Shown in pieces: positions 39,823 to 52,491 of a stretch of 63,357 bases of DNA (position 1 is the first letter of the stretch; each line of letters opens with the position of its first letter). The DNA is from Octopus bimaculoides (taxonomy: Eukaryota), in assembly GCF_001194135.2 (NCBI RefSeq), contig NC_068989.1, positions 38,259,637-38,322,993 on the forward strand, given 5' to 3'. The translations under genes were made by a program, and so were the position numbers. The notes under the pieces are model-generated. The model had not been told where the DNA came from and ran no database searches. It saw only the letters and a list, made by a program, of their open reading frames with translations.

Positions 39823-40130
39823 GGAGGTGCAATGGCCCACTGGTTAGGGCAGCGGACTCACGGTCAGAGGATCGTGGTTTCGATTCCCAGACCGAGCGTT
39901 GTGTGTGTTTATTGAGCAAAAACACCTAAAAGCTCCATGAGGCTCCAGCAGGGGTGGTGGTGACCCCTGTTGTACTTTTTCACTCCAACTTTCTCTCACC
40001 CTTTCTTCCTGTTTCTTGAGTAAAACTGCGATGGACTGGCATCCTGTCCAGCTGGGGGGAACACATATGCCATAGAAACCGGGAAACTGGGTCCCTGAGC
40101 TTGGCTAGGCTTTAAAAGTGTGCATAAATA
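39823..40130 (+). mobile_element. tRNA-derived SINE, third family, well preserved
   Basis: GGAGGTGCAATGGCCCACTGGTTAGGGCAGCGGACTC (A box/D arm), GGTTTCGATTCCC (B box), central ctgcgatggactggcatcctgtccagctgggg. Confidence 0.85.
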
Positions 40131-40185
40131 AATTTTTTTTTAAATGTATATTTATATATATATATACACACACATATATATATTG

Positions 40186-40371
40186 ATTTCAAATTTTGGC
40201 ACAAGGCCAGCAATTTAGAGTGAGTTGGGTAAGTTGATTACATCAACCCCAGTGGAAGGATGAAAGACAAAGTCGACCTCAGCTGGATTTGAACTCAGAA
40301 TGTAAAGATAGGTGAAATTGCACTAAGCATTTTAGCCTGGCATGCTAATGATTCTGTCAGCTCACCACCTT

Positions 40372-40372
<1 letters not shown>
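40186..40372 (-). mobile_element. Family B SINE (beta tail)
   Basis: tttcaaattttggcacaaggccagcaatt...gtcgacctcagctggatttgaactcagaa...gtcagctcaccacctt. Confidence 0.8.
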
Positions 40373-40412
<40 letters not shown>

Positions 40413-41625
40413 AATGTCAAACCCACTTTACTGCCTCTCCTCATTTTGCATTATAGGCATCATCTTTTGTCATGGGTACCATCTTTTTTCTTGGCTATAT
40501 GATAAAATAATAACTTGGTAAGGGCTTCTATTTTTATGACACATCTGTAGCTCTCTGGCAATTGTAGCTATTGTCCAGACCTCTGTTATTGCTCATCAAA
40601 TAGTCCAATGTTTACATACATTATAAGTATGGCTGTCGATCTTTGCTCTTAGAAATGTGTATGTTATTCAGTGTTTCCTTTTTTAAGACTGCAAGATGCA
40701 AGTGAAGTTTTGACTGCTATTTTTGTTAGCTCATGAAAACACACACAAGCTTCTTTGTTGACTTGTTTGGCAATTCTATTTGGTCTTGATAATTAAAACA
40801 TTAATACTAGTTTTGAGGCTGAGCAGATATAGATTTATCTTCTGAATTATGCAGCTATTTTAATTTCTATTCATTTCACTAATATGTACAATAGGTGGAG
40901 TTTAAGACACTGATTCTCAAGCTTCTAGAGCTTAGCACTTTTTCACTGAATGATGTTTCATAACTGTACTCATTGCAATATTTTGTAGAAAAAGTAATTG
41001 AACACAACATATTACTTTAATCAATCAGAAACTAATTTTACAATTATTTATTATTCATAATTTTTATACTATCTCTTCCAGCATGCACCACTTTTCAGAT
41101 ATATGCAGGGATTTGTGCCCCCTATTTTAAATTTTTCTGGAATTAGTAAAGAAAGTGGAAACTTTGTTCATTTATTTGTTTTTGTGTCTGTTTTCCATGC
41201 TTGCATGGGTTGGACAAATGAATTATTTGAACCAATGTTTTACTGTCAGATGCTCTTCTTAATGCTAATGTTAACTATTTTTCATGTAAGGGATCTCTTA
41301 TCCCCAATGGCTTGAAAGCATGAAGTGAGTATCCAATTTGATGACAGGAAAAACTAACACACCACCACCTTCCACACTTTCTTACATGTGATTGCAAATG
41401 TAAATAAGTATGCATGCAGGTACACACACACATGCACACGTTTATACATGATGACCTTCTTTCAGGTTTTACCTACCAAATCCACTCAAGGCTTTAATCA
41501 GCTCAGTGTTAAAGCAAAAGGTGCTTTCCCAAAGAGCCATGTGGAAGGATTGAACCTCAAACCACATGGCTGGGAAGTGAACTTCTCTGCTATACAACCA
41601 TCCCTTTATCTCTATTTTTTTATTC

Positions 41626-41960
41626 GTTTCAGTCATTAGATTGTAACCATGCTGGGGCACTGCCTTGAAGAATTCTTTAGTTGAATGAATTCACCCCAGT
41701 ACTTATTTTTTTTATAAGCTTGGTATTTATTTTATTGGTCTATTTTGCTGAGCTGCAGAGTCATGGGGATGCAAACACATCAACACTGGTTGTCAAGTGG
41801 TGGTAGTGGGACAGACACAAAGACACACACACATGCATGGCAGGTTTCTTTCTGTTTCCATCTACCAAATCCACCCACAAGGCTTTGGTCAGCTTGAGAC
41901 TATAGCAGAAGACACTTGCCCAATGTGCAACACAGTAGGACTGAACAGCTATTTCTAGCA
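41626..41960 (-). mobile_element. Family A SINE, full length
   Basis: Colinear with 16522-16900. Confidence 0.85.
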
Positions 41961-42756
41961 TTGCACCTACATCTTGTCTAACAAAATTTCACAGGACATT
42001 GGCACATTGTCAGTCATGTTTCTGCTCCTTGATTATACAATGTCCAGCTCGTTTTAATCCTGATGAAAATGTGTTTAAAATATTAGTACTGTATCTGGTT
42101 TTAATATTTTACTTCTAAGAAAAAATTATGACTCTCTGAAACATCCAGTACCCTCTATAATGCTCTTTTGACATTTGTCACCCCACTGTAAGCTCTGAAT
42201 ATCACCAAAGGTGTACTATGTCCAGGGTTAAAAACAACTGTTTTAAGATTATATGGTTTGTGTAAAATAGCTTACTATTTTGAATATTTTGATAACAGCA
42301 GAAGTGATTAAAATGAATGAATCTGACACAATCATCTTTACAGACCTTTTCTATTTAGTACATCAAACACTGTTTCATATAGTGCTTTTCATTTTACTAT
42401 ATAGTATATGTTAATACTATGAACATCTCCCCACATAAATCACTTAAATATATTTGTATTTGTCATGGAACAAAGATCATGTTGTGGAACCTGTCATTTT
42501 TTTTTCTTTGTTACAGAGAAGTAAACAGAGTTGATTAACTGAGGTTAGTATATTCCTGGTAATTGTCTGATCACGCACATTCAGGAAAGACAAAATTCAG
42601 ACTTTGGAATCTGAATGATGCATGAAATTATGTCTATCAGATCGTCTCAGTATTTTCATAGCTTAACCCCTGCCTCCATTATAACAATAAAATATTGCTG
42701 CTGCTGCTATTCCCACCACCACCACAATAATAACAATAATCAATATTCAGTGGCTG

Positions 42757-42965
42757 AGGCAGCAGGCTGGCAGAATTATTAGCATGCCAGGTGAAATGTT
42801 TAATGTCATTTTGTCTGTCTTCATGTTCCGAGTTCAAATTCTGCTGAGGTCTACTTTGCAATTCATCCTTTTAGGGTCAATAAAATAAGTACCGGTTGAG
42901 TACTGGGGTGAATGTAATTGACTTACCCATCCCCCAAAATTGTTGGCCTTGTGCCAAAATTTGAT
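42757..42965 (+). mobile_element. Family B SINE (beta tail)
   Basis: gaggcagcaggctggcagaattattagc...gagttcaaatt...gccttgtgccaaaatttga. Confidence 0.85.
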
Positions 42966-45230
42966 GTCAATATTCTGTTGGTGGCTGTACATGTAATGCT
43001 GTATCTTACCATGTTGTAATGTCTACTCTTTTATGCTTACAAGGGTCAGGCATGAATATACACTCAGACTCTCACTCTCTCTCACACTCAGACACATACA
43101 TACACACATTCACATATATAAAACAGTCTTCTTTGATTTGCCCTCAGCCATATTTCATTCACAAATTATTGGTCAACCTGTGGAAATAGAAGACAACAGC
43201 CTACAACATTCATGTAGCAAAACCAAACTCCAAATCGAAACAGTTCTGAAGCAAACTTCTTAACCACATAGCTATGTCTGTGCCAGTAACTATGGAAGAA
43301 AACTGAAAAACGATCTATTTATTATAGTTCAAGCATCTACAAAAAAAAAAAAAAAAAAAAAAAAAAAATGAATCAAGCCATTACAGTAAAGGGTTTTCAT
43401 TGGCATGGCATTGGTTGTGGCATGATGTACTCACAGACATTGATTCTGAGACACAAAGACCTTCTACATGTTATTTTCTTATGTCTTTGGAATGATATAT
43501 GACTCTGGAATGATGAGGTTAATGATGTAAAACTTCCATAATATATTTGATTTATTTATATTATTGTCAAGACAATTTGATTGAATATATAAATACTTAA
43601 AATTAAGTTTAGTATATTCACTGGTTTAGACCATTTGGACCATGGCCATTCTAGAACATAACCTCCAAGTGTTTAGTTGTCCATTTCAATTACAGTTCTT
43701 ATTTTAAGGTCTGATACATATTTTACTGTTTGTTGAGCCAATAAGTTATGGGACATAAACAGTACTAGTTTTTAAGCAGTGTGAATATAAACATAGATAG
43801 ATATATATATAGATGTACATAGCTGTATGGGTATGAAGTTTGTGTTGTAACAACACTGTCTTGAGTTCTATTTCACAGTGTGGCACCTTGGGTAAATATC
43901 TTCTACTGTAGTCTTGGGCTGAATAATGATGACAATGAATATTACAAGCTAAAATATCAAATATTTGGTCAAAAGTTCCCTTATAATCAAGTGGTATGGC
44001 TTAAAGATCAACTATATATATTACATGGAACAGAAAATATGGTCAATACTTCTGCTTTTCAAATTTTCTTTAAATATTTGTTTACATGCTGAACATCTAC
44101 TTGTGAATCTTATAGTAAAGTAAACAAGTCAGATGTTAAATATTAATGAAGATGAAGACATAATGGTGATCTCCAAGATGACAGATCCAACAATTTCTAG
44201 CAGATGATTTCAATGATTTCCATTACAGATGCTTGAAGTAAAACTTAAGATCATTGGCTGTCCTCCCCCACCCTTTCTTTTATGACTAAAATATAAAAAT
44301 GTTATATAATCAGTCATAAAAAACACCCATTCATACATATATACACACATATCTATATTCATCCACCTACCTACCTATCTATTTGTCAGTCTGTGTGTCT
44401 GTCTGGCTAGATAGACAGATAGATAGGCAGGTAGACAGAGACACACACACACAAGAAGAGAAACCAAATGGTTTTACTAGTAATTGTGGGGTACACTATT
44501 AATCTTGGCCTATAGATTTGGCAGTATTAAAAGACTTCATCCATTTTTGTTAAACTAGGAGAAAGTCTGAGGTAAGCACCAGATCATCAGAGTAAAGCTA
44601 AATTTTAGGAGGTATTTGTGAGAGCTTGGAATATGTTCAGCCATTACACACACAGACACACACACATAATTCTTATGCATATCAGTCCATTCACATATAG
44701 CAGATTACCTTGTGCACACACCTACATATGCATGTACATAGGCAAGTTTACTGTCTTACATGATTCACACACACTCAGTGTTAATGGTGATGAGTCATAC
44801 CTCCTTTGACACTTCTATCAATTTTAGCACACTGGTTCAGTGTTAACAGCACTTCAGTCTTATTTGATTACTTGTATCTGTCTTATTTTCATCAACTTTT
44901 TAGGTCAGTCCAAGTTAGTACTGATTGGAGAGATTTATCATCAAAAAGAATTCAAGCCATAACCATCTCATCTGTTTCATTCAATATAGATCAAGGTGCA
45001 TTAACACCTTGATCTATATTGTCTGATATATCTGGGTTATAAGACTGTGAGGAGTTGGTGAGGGATTTAGCTGTTATTTCTAACAAGGCAAGTGATTATA
45101 CTCAGCTCTCTTCTTCATTAGCTCATTCTCTATTAAGGTAATTGTTTCCAGAATGGTGGAGTGGGGGGAGTAAACTCATGTTGAATAAAACCTGATATGT
45201 TTTCACTGCCAGGCTGAAGTTACATTTTAC

Positions 45231-45585
45231 TTTATTTGCATTAAAAGGCCACTCTTGTGTACTCATTTATTTGCAAAAGAAAACCACTTTTGTGTGCTCT
45301 CTTTATTTGCAACAGAAGGCTCTTCAGTGTACACTCTCTATTTGCTGTAGAGGGTCACTCTTATGTACTGCCTTTATATGCAATTGAAAACTACTACGAT
45401 ATATACTTTTTCTATCTGCAAGAGAAACTTACTTCACTGTACTCCTTATTTGCAGGAGAAGATTACTCCAGTATATTCTATTTACACCAAAAAGCCACTC
45501 TGTTGTACTCTCTTTTTATTTGTAACTAAAATCCACCCCAGTGTACTCTATTTATTTGCAATAAAAGGTCAATAGCATACTTTCC
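45231..45585. repeat. Degenerate ~35-bp minisatellite, 10 units
   Basis: TTTATTTGCA-like anchors at 45231, 45266, 45302, 45337, 45373, 45411, 45445, 45477, 45515 and 45551. Confidence 0.85.
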
Positions 45586-48500
45586 TTTTCTTCAGTGAAA
45601 AATGTCTCTACATGGTTGTGTAACCTGCTATATATATATATATATATAGCAGGTTATATATATATATATATANNNNNNNNNNNNNNNNNNNNNNNNNNNN
45701 NNNNNNNNNNNNNNNNNNNNNNNNNNNNNNNNNNNNNNNNNNNNNNNNNNNNNNNNNNNNNNNNNNNNNNNNNNNNNNNNNNNNNNNNNNNNNNNNNNNN
45801 NNNNNNNNNNNNNNNNNNNNNNNNNNNNNNNNNNNNNNNNNNNNNNNNNNNNNNNNNNNNNNNNNNNNNNNNNNNNNNNNNNNNNNNNNNNNNNNNNNNN
45901 NNNNNNNNNNNNNNNNNNNNNNNNNNNNNNNNNNNNNNNNNNNNNNNNNNNNNNNNNNNNNNNNNNNNNNNNNTATATATATATATATATATAATATTAG
46001 GGATAAAATCCCAAATTACAGGTAAAAACTCAATTAAAATCAATTTATTAAAAATTAAAATTAAATTAAGTTTCACAGAGTAAAATATATATAGATATAT
46101 AGATATATATTTTCTATATGTGACAGTGGATTTTCATCGATGAGTTCATGAACCTTGGTTCTTTTCCCTAAAACTATATAGCAGCTAGAACACCCTCTAA
46201 TCACTGTCACAAAAGCTAAGGATACCTCGAAAAATGTAGTTTCAAATGCACTAAATCTGAATGAAAGACATAGTGGTCATGGTTGGAATATCTTTGATCA
46301 GTAAGCTGCTTAATCACAACTGGCCTGGAAATAAACAGCAACTCTGCTATTTATTGAATTTTTTTTACCCTATGAAGGTTTCATAAATTTTGATCAGAAA
46401 TATATTTGTTACTTAAAAAAAAGACAAGAATTTAGAAGTATCCCTTAAGGTACCAGAATTAGAAATTATGAAGCTGATATTTCACTGCAACCATTGTGTC
46501 ATGTTTACTGTAAAATGGCTCCCAACTTGATTTTACTATAGCATACTTAGCTCCAGGGATAATAAATACTTGTTAAAAAAACATAAATAAATTTACACAA
46601 TTTTTTTTCTTGTAAAATTCATAAATTTGTATAAAATCACAAACCATTGTTCCTAGCTATGTTAGTGTGAGAAAACACAAGAAAATGCAAAAAAAAAAAA
46701 AGTAAGAAGTTAAAGTAGCCATATGAATACACTAAATTGTATATTATCATTTTATGAAAAGTTCCAATTCTAATTTTTCAGCATGTGTGTTGTATATGTT
46801 TGTCTTTTATTACTTTTCATATCTACATATATTTCATATTTCTCTGGATTTGATATGAGATTCATAAATAACAATAAAAAAATTACATAAAAATTCCTAA
46901 TTTTTTAATGTTCTTGTATTTTTTTCTATTCAATTTAACTTTTACATTTTCATTTTGGCTGTCTGTGTATTCAGTGAGAAGCATAACATTGTGATTTTGT
47001 ATGAAATATTTTATCTATCTTCCTCACACGTTTACTTGTATTAATATTCTGTAGCAGGCATGCTTGTGAGCTGATGAATTTGATTAAGGCTACAGTTTGG
47101 TGTTTTGTATATTTATTTATTATATTATATTATCACCACCAACATTTTAAGATAAAGACAAACATCCCTACATGAAATGTTAAAGTAAATGATGTACAAT
47201 ATGAATGTTTACAAGGAAGTTAACATTTTTGTTTGTTGTTTTCATCACACTTCCTGTAGTTTAAAATGTTTCTCTGTTTCTGAAAGCAGGGAATGGGATC
47301 CTCAGATATGCCAGGTTCTGAATATTTCTGGTTTCTTTTGTTGTTATTACTATTTGCAATTTTCGATATTTTTCTCCTTTATTGAATTGTTCAAATGATA
47401 ATAAAAAAAACAGTGGTACTTCCTGGCAGAAATTGTGGAACTTCCCAATGTACATATTCATTGTGGTGTTTTATTCAGCATACAACAGAAGTGGCTTTGC
47501 TAACAAAGAGAGCTCTGTTTGTGTTTGTATGCAAGTTAAATGATACATTCTCACTGAGAAATAGAAGAATTAGTTGCTGTGATTGTTCAGAAATCTGGTT
47601 TAGTGTTGATAGAACTCTAAGGCTTGGCCTTTCTGTTCAGAGCCATAATATATTTTAGCCTTCAGCCACAATTAACTCTCCACATAGCTCAGGTGAGACT
47701 CACAATGAAATGCTATTCTGACAGGAAATTGTGCTGCCTCAGACATTTTCCAAGTACACATTAAAAGAAAGGCGTCAACTGATTGGTGTAAAGGCTCTCA
47801 CCAACACATATTAATCTCTGAGCCACAGATATAGTGATTCTTTTCTTTTTCTCAGTTCTTTCTACAGTTATTATTGTGGCTTTTACTCTTTAGAGTTTGC
47901 TAGTCTGGGGTCGCCTTGATTTGGGCACTCATAACTTACTCATCACTCCTCCTCTTATCCCCCATATAGTGTTCACATTCTCAGGTCTCACACACTGTGC
48001 CTATGTGAACCACCTTGCCCAAAATGTTGGCCCTCAGATTTCCCACTCTACACATATTTAACTTGTATCTGCAGACTTGCAAATGTTTGAGAAGAACATT
48101 GACCTCATTCATCTCACCAATGTGTGGAGGTCTGAGAAGATTTTGAGTGCAACCCTTATTTCCAGACTAAATCAATAAAATATATAAAAAACTAAACAAA
48201 ATCAACCATTCTTAGTCAATCAGTGTTTGATGGAGAATCATAACATTAATACATTAATGTTTATATGTATGAGTGTGTGTGCGTGTGTGTGTGTGTGTGT
48301 CTGCATGCGTATGAGTGTCTCAATATTTTGACTATTCATTCCAGAATATAAAGTTTTTAATTTATCTTCATCTATTAAAAGGCCGTACATCTAATGGAAC
48401 ACCCTAAGGACTATAAACTATTCATAACATTTACTTTAATAGTTGTGGAATCAAGAATGACTTAGCAATGAACTTGGTTGAAATACAGTGTTAGGTTTTA

Positions 48501-48906
48501 TGACTAGCAATTTATTTCCTTAAACCTGTTCAATTTATGCAGAAGAATGTTCAAATTGATATATTTTTGGTATCAAGATTGGAACTGATTTTTTTTTTCT
48601 TGTGTGATTCAAATCTTGCTGAAATTGGTTTAGTCTTCCTTTCATCTTTCTTTTTTATGTCTATAAAATAAGTTCTTGATCAGTTAGATATAATATATTG
48701 AACTGGCTTTATGATTGATATATTGAGAGCTTGTAATAAAACAGCAAGAATTCTTTTGACAGATAGTTTTACTTAATCTTGGAGAGTTTAGAAATAGGTT
48801 CATAAAAGTCTTAAAGGTTTTAACTTTTTTTTTAGCTGTAGCCATCATGTACTGGTATCACATGTTTTCCTGTAACTTTGAACTAATATATACATACAAA
48901 CACATG

Positions 48907-48938
<32 letters not shown>

Positions 48939-49887
48939 ATAAAGTAAATATATATATATGTATATATATATATATGTATATATATANNNNNNNNNNNNNN
49001 NNNNNNNNNNNNNNNNNNNNNNNNNNNNNNNNNNNNNNNNNNNNNNNNNNNNNNNNNNNNNNNNNNNNNNNNNNNNNNNNNNNNNNNNNNNNNNNNNNNN
49101 NNNNNNNNNNNNNNNNNNNNNNNNNNNNNNNNNNNNNNNNNNNNNNNNNNNNNNNNNNNNNNNNNNNNNNNNNNNNNNNNNNNNNNNNNNNNNNNNNNNN
49201 NNNNNNNNNNNNNNNNNNNNNNNNNNNNNNNNNNNNNNNNNNNNNNNNNNNNNNNNNNNNNNNNNNNNNNNNNNNNNNNNNNNNNNNNNNNNNNNNNNNN
49301 NNNNNNNNNNNNNNNNNNNNNNNNNNNNNNNNNNNNNNNNNNNNNNNNNNNNNNNNNNNNNNNNNNNNNNNNNNNNNNNNNNNNNNNNNNNNNNNNNNNN
49401 NNNNNNNNNNNNNNNNNNNNNNNNNNNNNNNNNNNNNNNNNNNNNNNNNNNNNNNNNNNNNNNNNNNNNNNNNNNNNNNNNNNNNNNNNNNNNNNNNNNN
49501 NNNNNNNNNNNNNNNNNNNNNNNNNNNNNNNNNNNNNNNNNNNNNNNNNNNNNNNNNNNNNNNNNNNNNNNNNNNNNNNNNNNNNNNNNNNNNNNNNNNN
49601 NNNNNNNNNNNNNNNNNNNNNNNNNNNNNNNNNNNNNNNNNNNNNNNNNNNNNNNNNNNNNNNNNNNNNNNNNNNNNNNNNNNNNNNNNNNNNNNNNNNN
49701 NNNNNNNNNNNNNNNNNNNNNNNNNNNNNNNNNNNNNNNNNNNNNNNNNNNNNNNNNNNNNNNNNNNNNNNNNNNNNNNNNNNNNNNNNNNNNNNNNNNN
49801 NNNNNNNNNNNNNNNNNNNNNNNNNNNNNNNNNNNNNNNNNNNNNNNNNNNNNNNNNNNNNNNNNNNNNNNNNNNNNNNNNNNNNNN

Positions 49888-49920
<33 letters not shown>

Positions 49921-50040
49921 ATATGTCTATACATTTGAGAGAGTAGTGATTTGTTTATGCTATTACACAGTTGTCTGCAACTTTCCTTGCATTATAATGG
50001 TTTAAGATAGAAATAGGTTCCATCTGTACCATTTATACAT

Positions 50041-50768
50041 ATAGGAAATATATTTTTGCAATTGCAAATTCAAAACTTTGTCCTGGGGTAATCAAGGAAA
50101 GAATGATATATTTAAAACTTTTTTTTTTAAATGAAAGCTATAACCAAAGGAATAAGAGTTTGAAAAGCTAAAATCTGAAAAATAACAAAATATTTTGTCA
50201 CAGAGAACACTTTGGTGAAATTAATGTAACAGCATCAACCATGCTCAAATGGACCTTATTATGTGCCACCAGCATGAGTGCCAGTCAGGTGGCACTGGCA
50301 TCAGTCATGCTCAAATGGTGCTTTTTACATGCTGTCATGTGCATACATGCATATATATGTGTGAATACGTGCGTATATGTAAGTATTCGTATGTTGTATA
50401 TACATACATATATTTGTAGTTATGTACTATTTTGCGTGTATTCCACTGATGAGGCAAATCATTTCTTATGCAAAGCCAGAAATCCGAGATCTGGAATTAT
50501 CCAATAATTGTTGTTAGTTTATTTTGTCTCTTTGTCTTCTCTCCTGGTGCTGTATGATCATTTAATGTGGTTTTATAGGAAATATATTTTTGCAATTGTA
50601 AATTCAAAACTTTGTCCTGGGGTAATCAAGGAAACAATGATATATTTGTAACTTTTTATCTTTAAAATGAAAGCTATGACCAAAGGAATAATAATTTGAA
50701 AAACTAAAATCAGAAAAATAACAAAATATTTTCTAACAGAGAACACTTCAGTGAAATTAATGTAACAG
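50041..50768. repeat. ~190-bp direct repeat (50041-50232 and 50575-50768) flanking a ~340-bp segment
   Basis: Both copies begin ataggaaatatatttttgcaattg and end gaaattaatgtaacag, with scattered substitutions. Confidence 0.9.
50440..50497 (+). ncRNA. Near-intact type I hammerhead ribozyme motif
   Basis: ATTCCA-CTGATGA-GGC-(19 nt)-GCC-A-GAAA-TC-CGA-GA-TC-TGGAAT. Stem I is 6 bp, stem III is ATC/GAT, the triplet is AUC, and there is one extra A before GAAA. Confidence 0.75.
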
Positions 50769-51149
50769 TAAACAATGTTGTTGGTGGTGGGTCAAATGGG
50801 TCAAACTAATCAGACCTATGATCAATGGTATACTAATCATGATAACCTTGTCCTTTTTATTTCCATGCATTGTGTATGTGTCTATCACTACATTATTGAA
50901 TTTTTCTTTCCTGTTTTAACATAATAGGTTGGGATTAGAGAAAAAATTTAGCTGTTATTTCAAGCAGATCAAGCATACATATATAGAGATTCTCCCATGT
51001 TTGATTGTAGTAGTTTTACATCAAGCATTTATGTAAAATTGATAAGATTCCAATTTAAAAATATCTCATGATACACCCAAAATTTTTTATGTATCCTGGA
51101 GGTAGATGAATTGATGTGAGATGGTGGAAGTGAACTGAATGAGTGCAGA

Positions 51150-51460
51150 TATGGTTGAAGTGGTTCAAAAGTTTGCTTCAGGACCATGAGGTCTCAGATT
51201 CAGTCTCATCATATGGCATCTTTGGCATGTACTTTACCAAAGTTTCAGATTAATCTAAGTCTTGTGAGTGAAACCAGAAAGATAAAAATCGTGTTGGAAC
51301 CTGTCAAATGGATTTTACTTGTTAAAAAAAAAATCCCAGCTCTGTCACACTTGTATCATGCTGATTCTTCCAAAGAATTACATTAAAGGTACGTGTATCT
51401 GTGGAAAACTCACCCACTTTGCACCCTATTTCAATCAACTGGTTGTCCAGTTGCTTAAAC
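51150..51460 (+). mobile_element. Family A-like SINE, alternative tail
   Basis: gcagatatggttgaagtggttc..cagattcagtctc; tail shared with 59865-60200. Confidence 0.6.
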
Positions 51461-51805
51461 ACTTGGATGCTCATATGTCAAAAAGCAAACAATATTAATG
51501 AAAGAGAAAATTGAATTAGTTTAAATCATCATCAAGGTTTCAATATCCACTTTTTTATGCTTGATTTAGTTAGATAGGATACTTTGGGAAAAATTTTCAA
51601 TAGCTGGATGTCCTTTTTGTTGACTTTCACCTGTTTCCAAGCAAGGTAATATTTCCACATTGCCAGATGTGTTACAGAAAATTGAAAATGAATGACACTG
51701 CTTGCATGACACAGTGAAATTCATTTACAACTATCACACAATGTCAAAAGAAGGTGACACTAATGACCCCCACCCAACCACATGCATAGATACACACACT
51801 ACACA

Positions 51806-51849
<44 letters not shown>

Positions 51850-52453
51850 ACATGACAGGCTGACTTGTTTTAGTTTCTATCTACCAAATCTGATAACCAT
51901 GTTTTGGTCAGTCCAGGGTGATAATAGACATTTGTTTGTGATGACTGGCAGTGGGATTGAACCCTGTAACCACATAGCTAGGAAAATAATTTCTTAACTT
52001 CACAACCATACATGCAGCTACACAGCTGTCTGCAAAAAGCCATTTGGGTTTGCATAGAATAATAATGGATGTGCAGATACAAAAGATGACAATACTCTAC
52101 AGGTTGTTATTTGGTGGTGTGGGTAAGCTTGAGAAGACCTATAGCACACACGTTATTATCTAGAAGATTGCTTACTGTTGTCAGTCTGTTGTATGACAAT
52201 GAGGTATACTTTTTCATAATGTTGTTGCTGTTTAGTTAAGCATGATCATATATATATATGGTCTTCGAAACGTCTAGATAGAATAGAGACAGCTGATGAA
52301 GGGATATTCCAAGGGGCTTTCCGTTTTCCTATGTGTTCGTTCCGTTGTCTGTAGTTTATTGTTCTAACGTCCTGTACCCTGATATGCATGTATATACACA
52401 TGTAGATGTAAGTATGTACATATATGTGTGTATACATGTATATATATTCTTTG

Positions 52454-52491
<38 letters not shown>

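Noticed and set aside
45231-45585. CRISPR-like appearance
   Set aside because: The anchor is only about 10 nt, spacers are related to each other, there are no cas genes, and the context is eukaryotic.
52262-52310. GAAACGTC...CTGATGA as a permuted (type II) hammerhead
   Set aside because: Stems I and II cannot be formed consistently; probably a pLTR-like fragment only.
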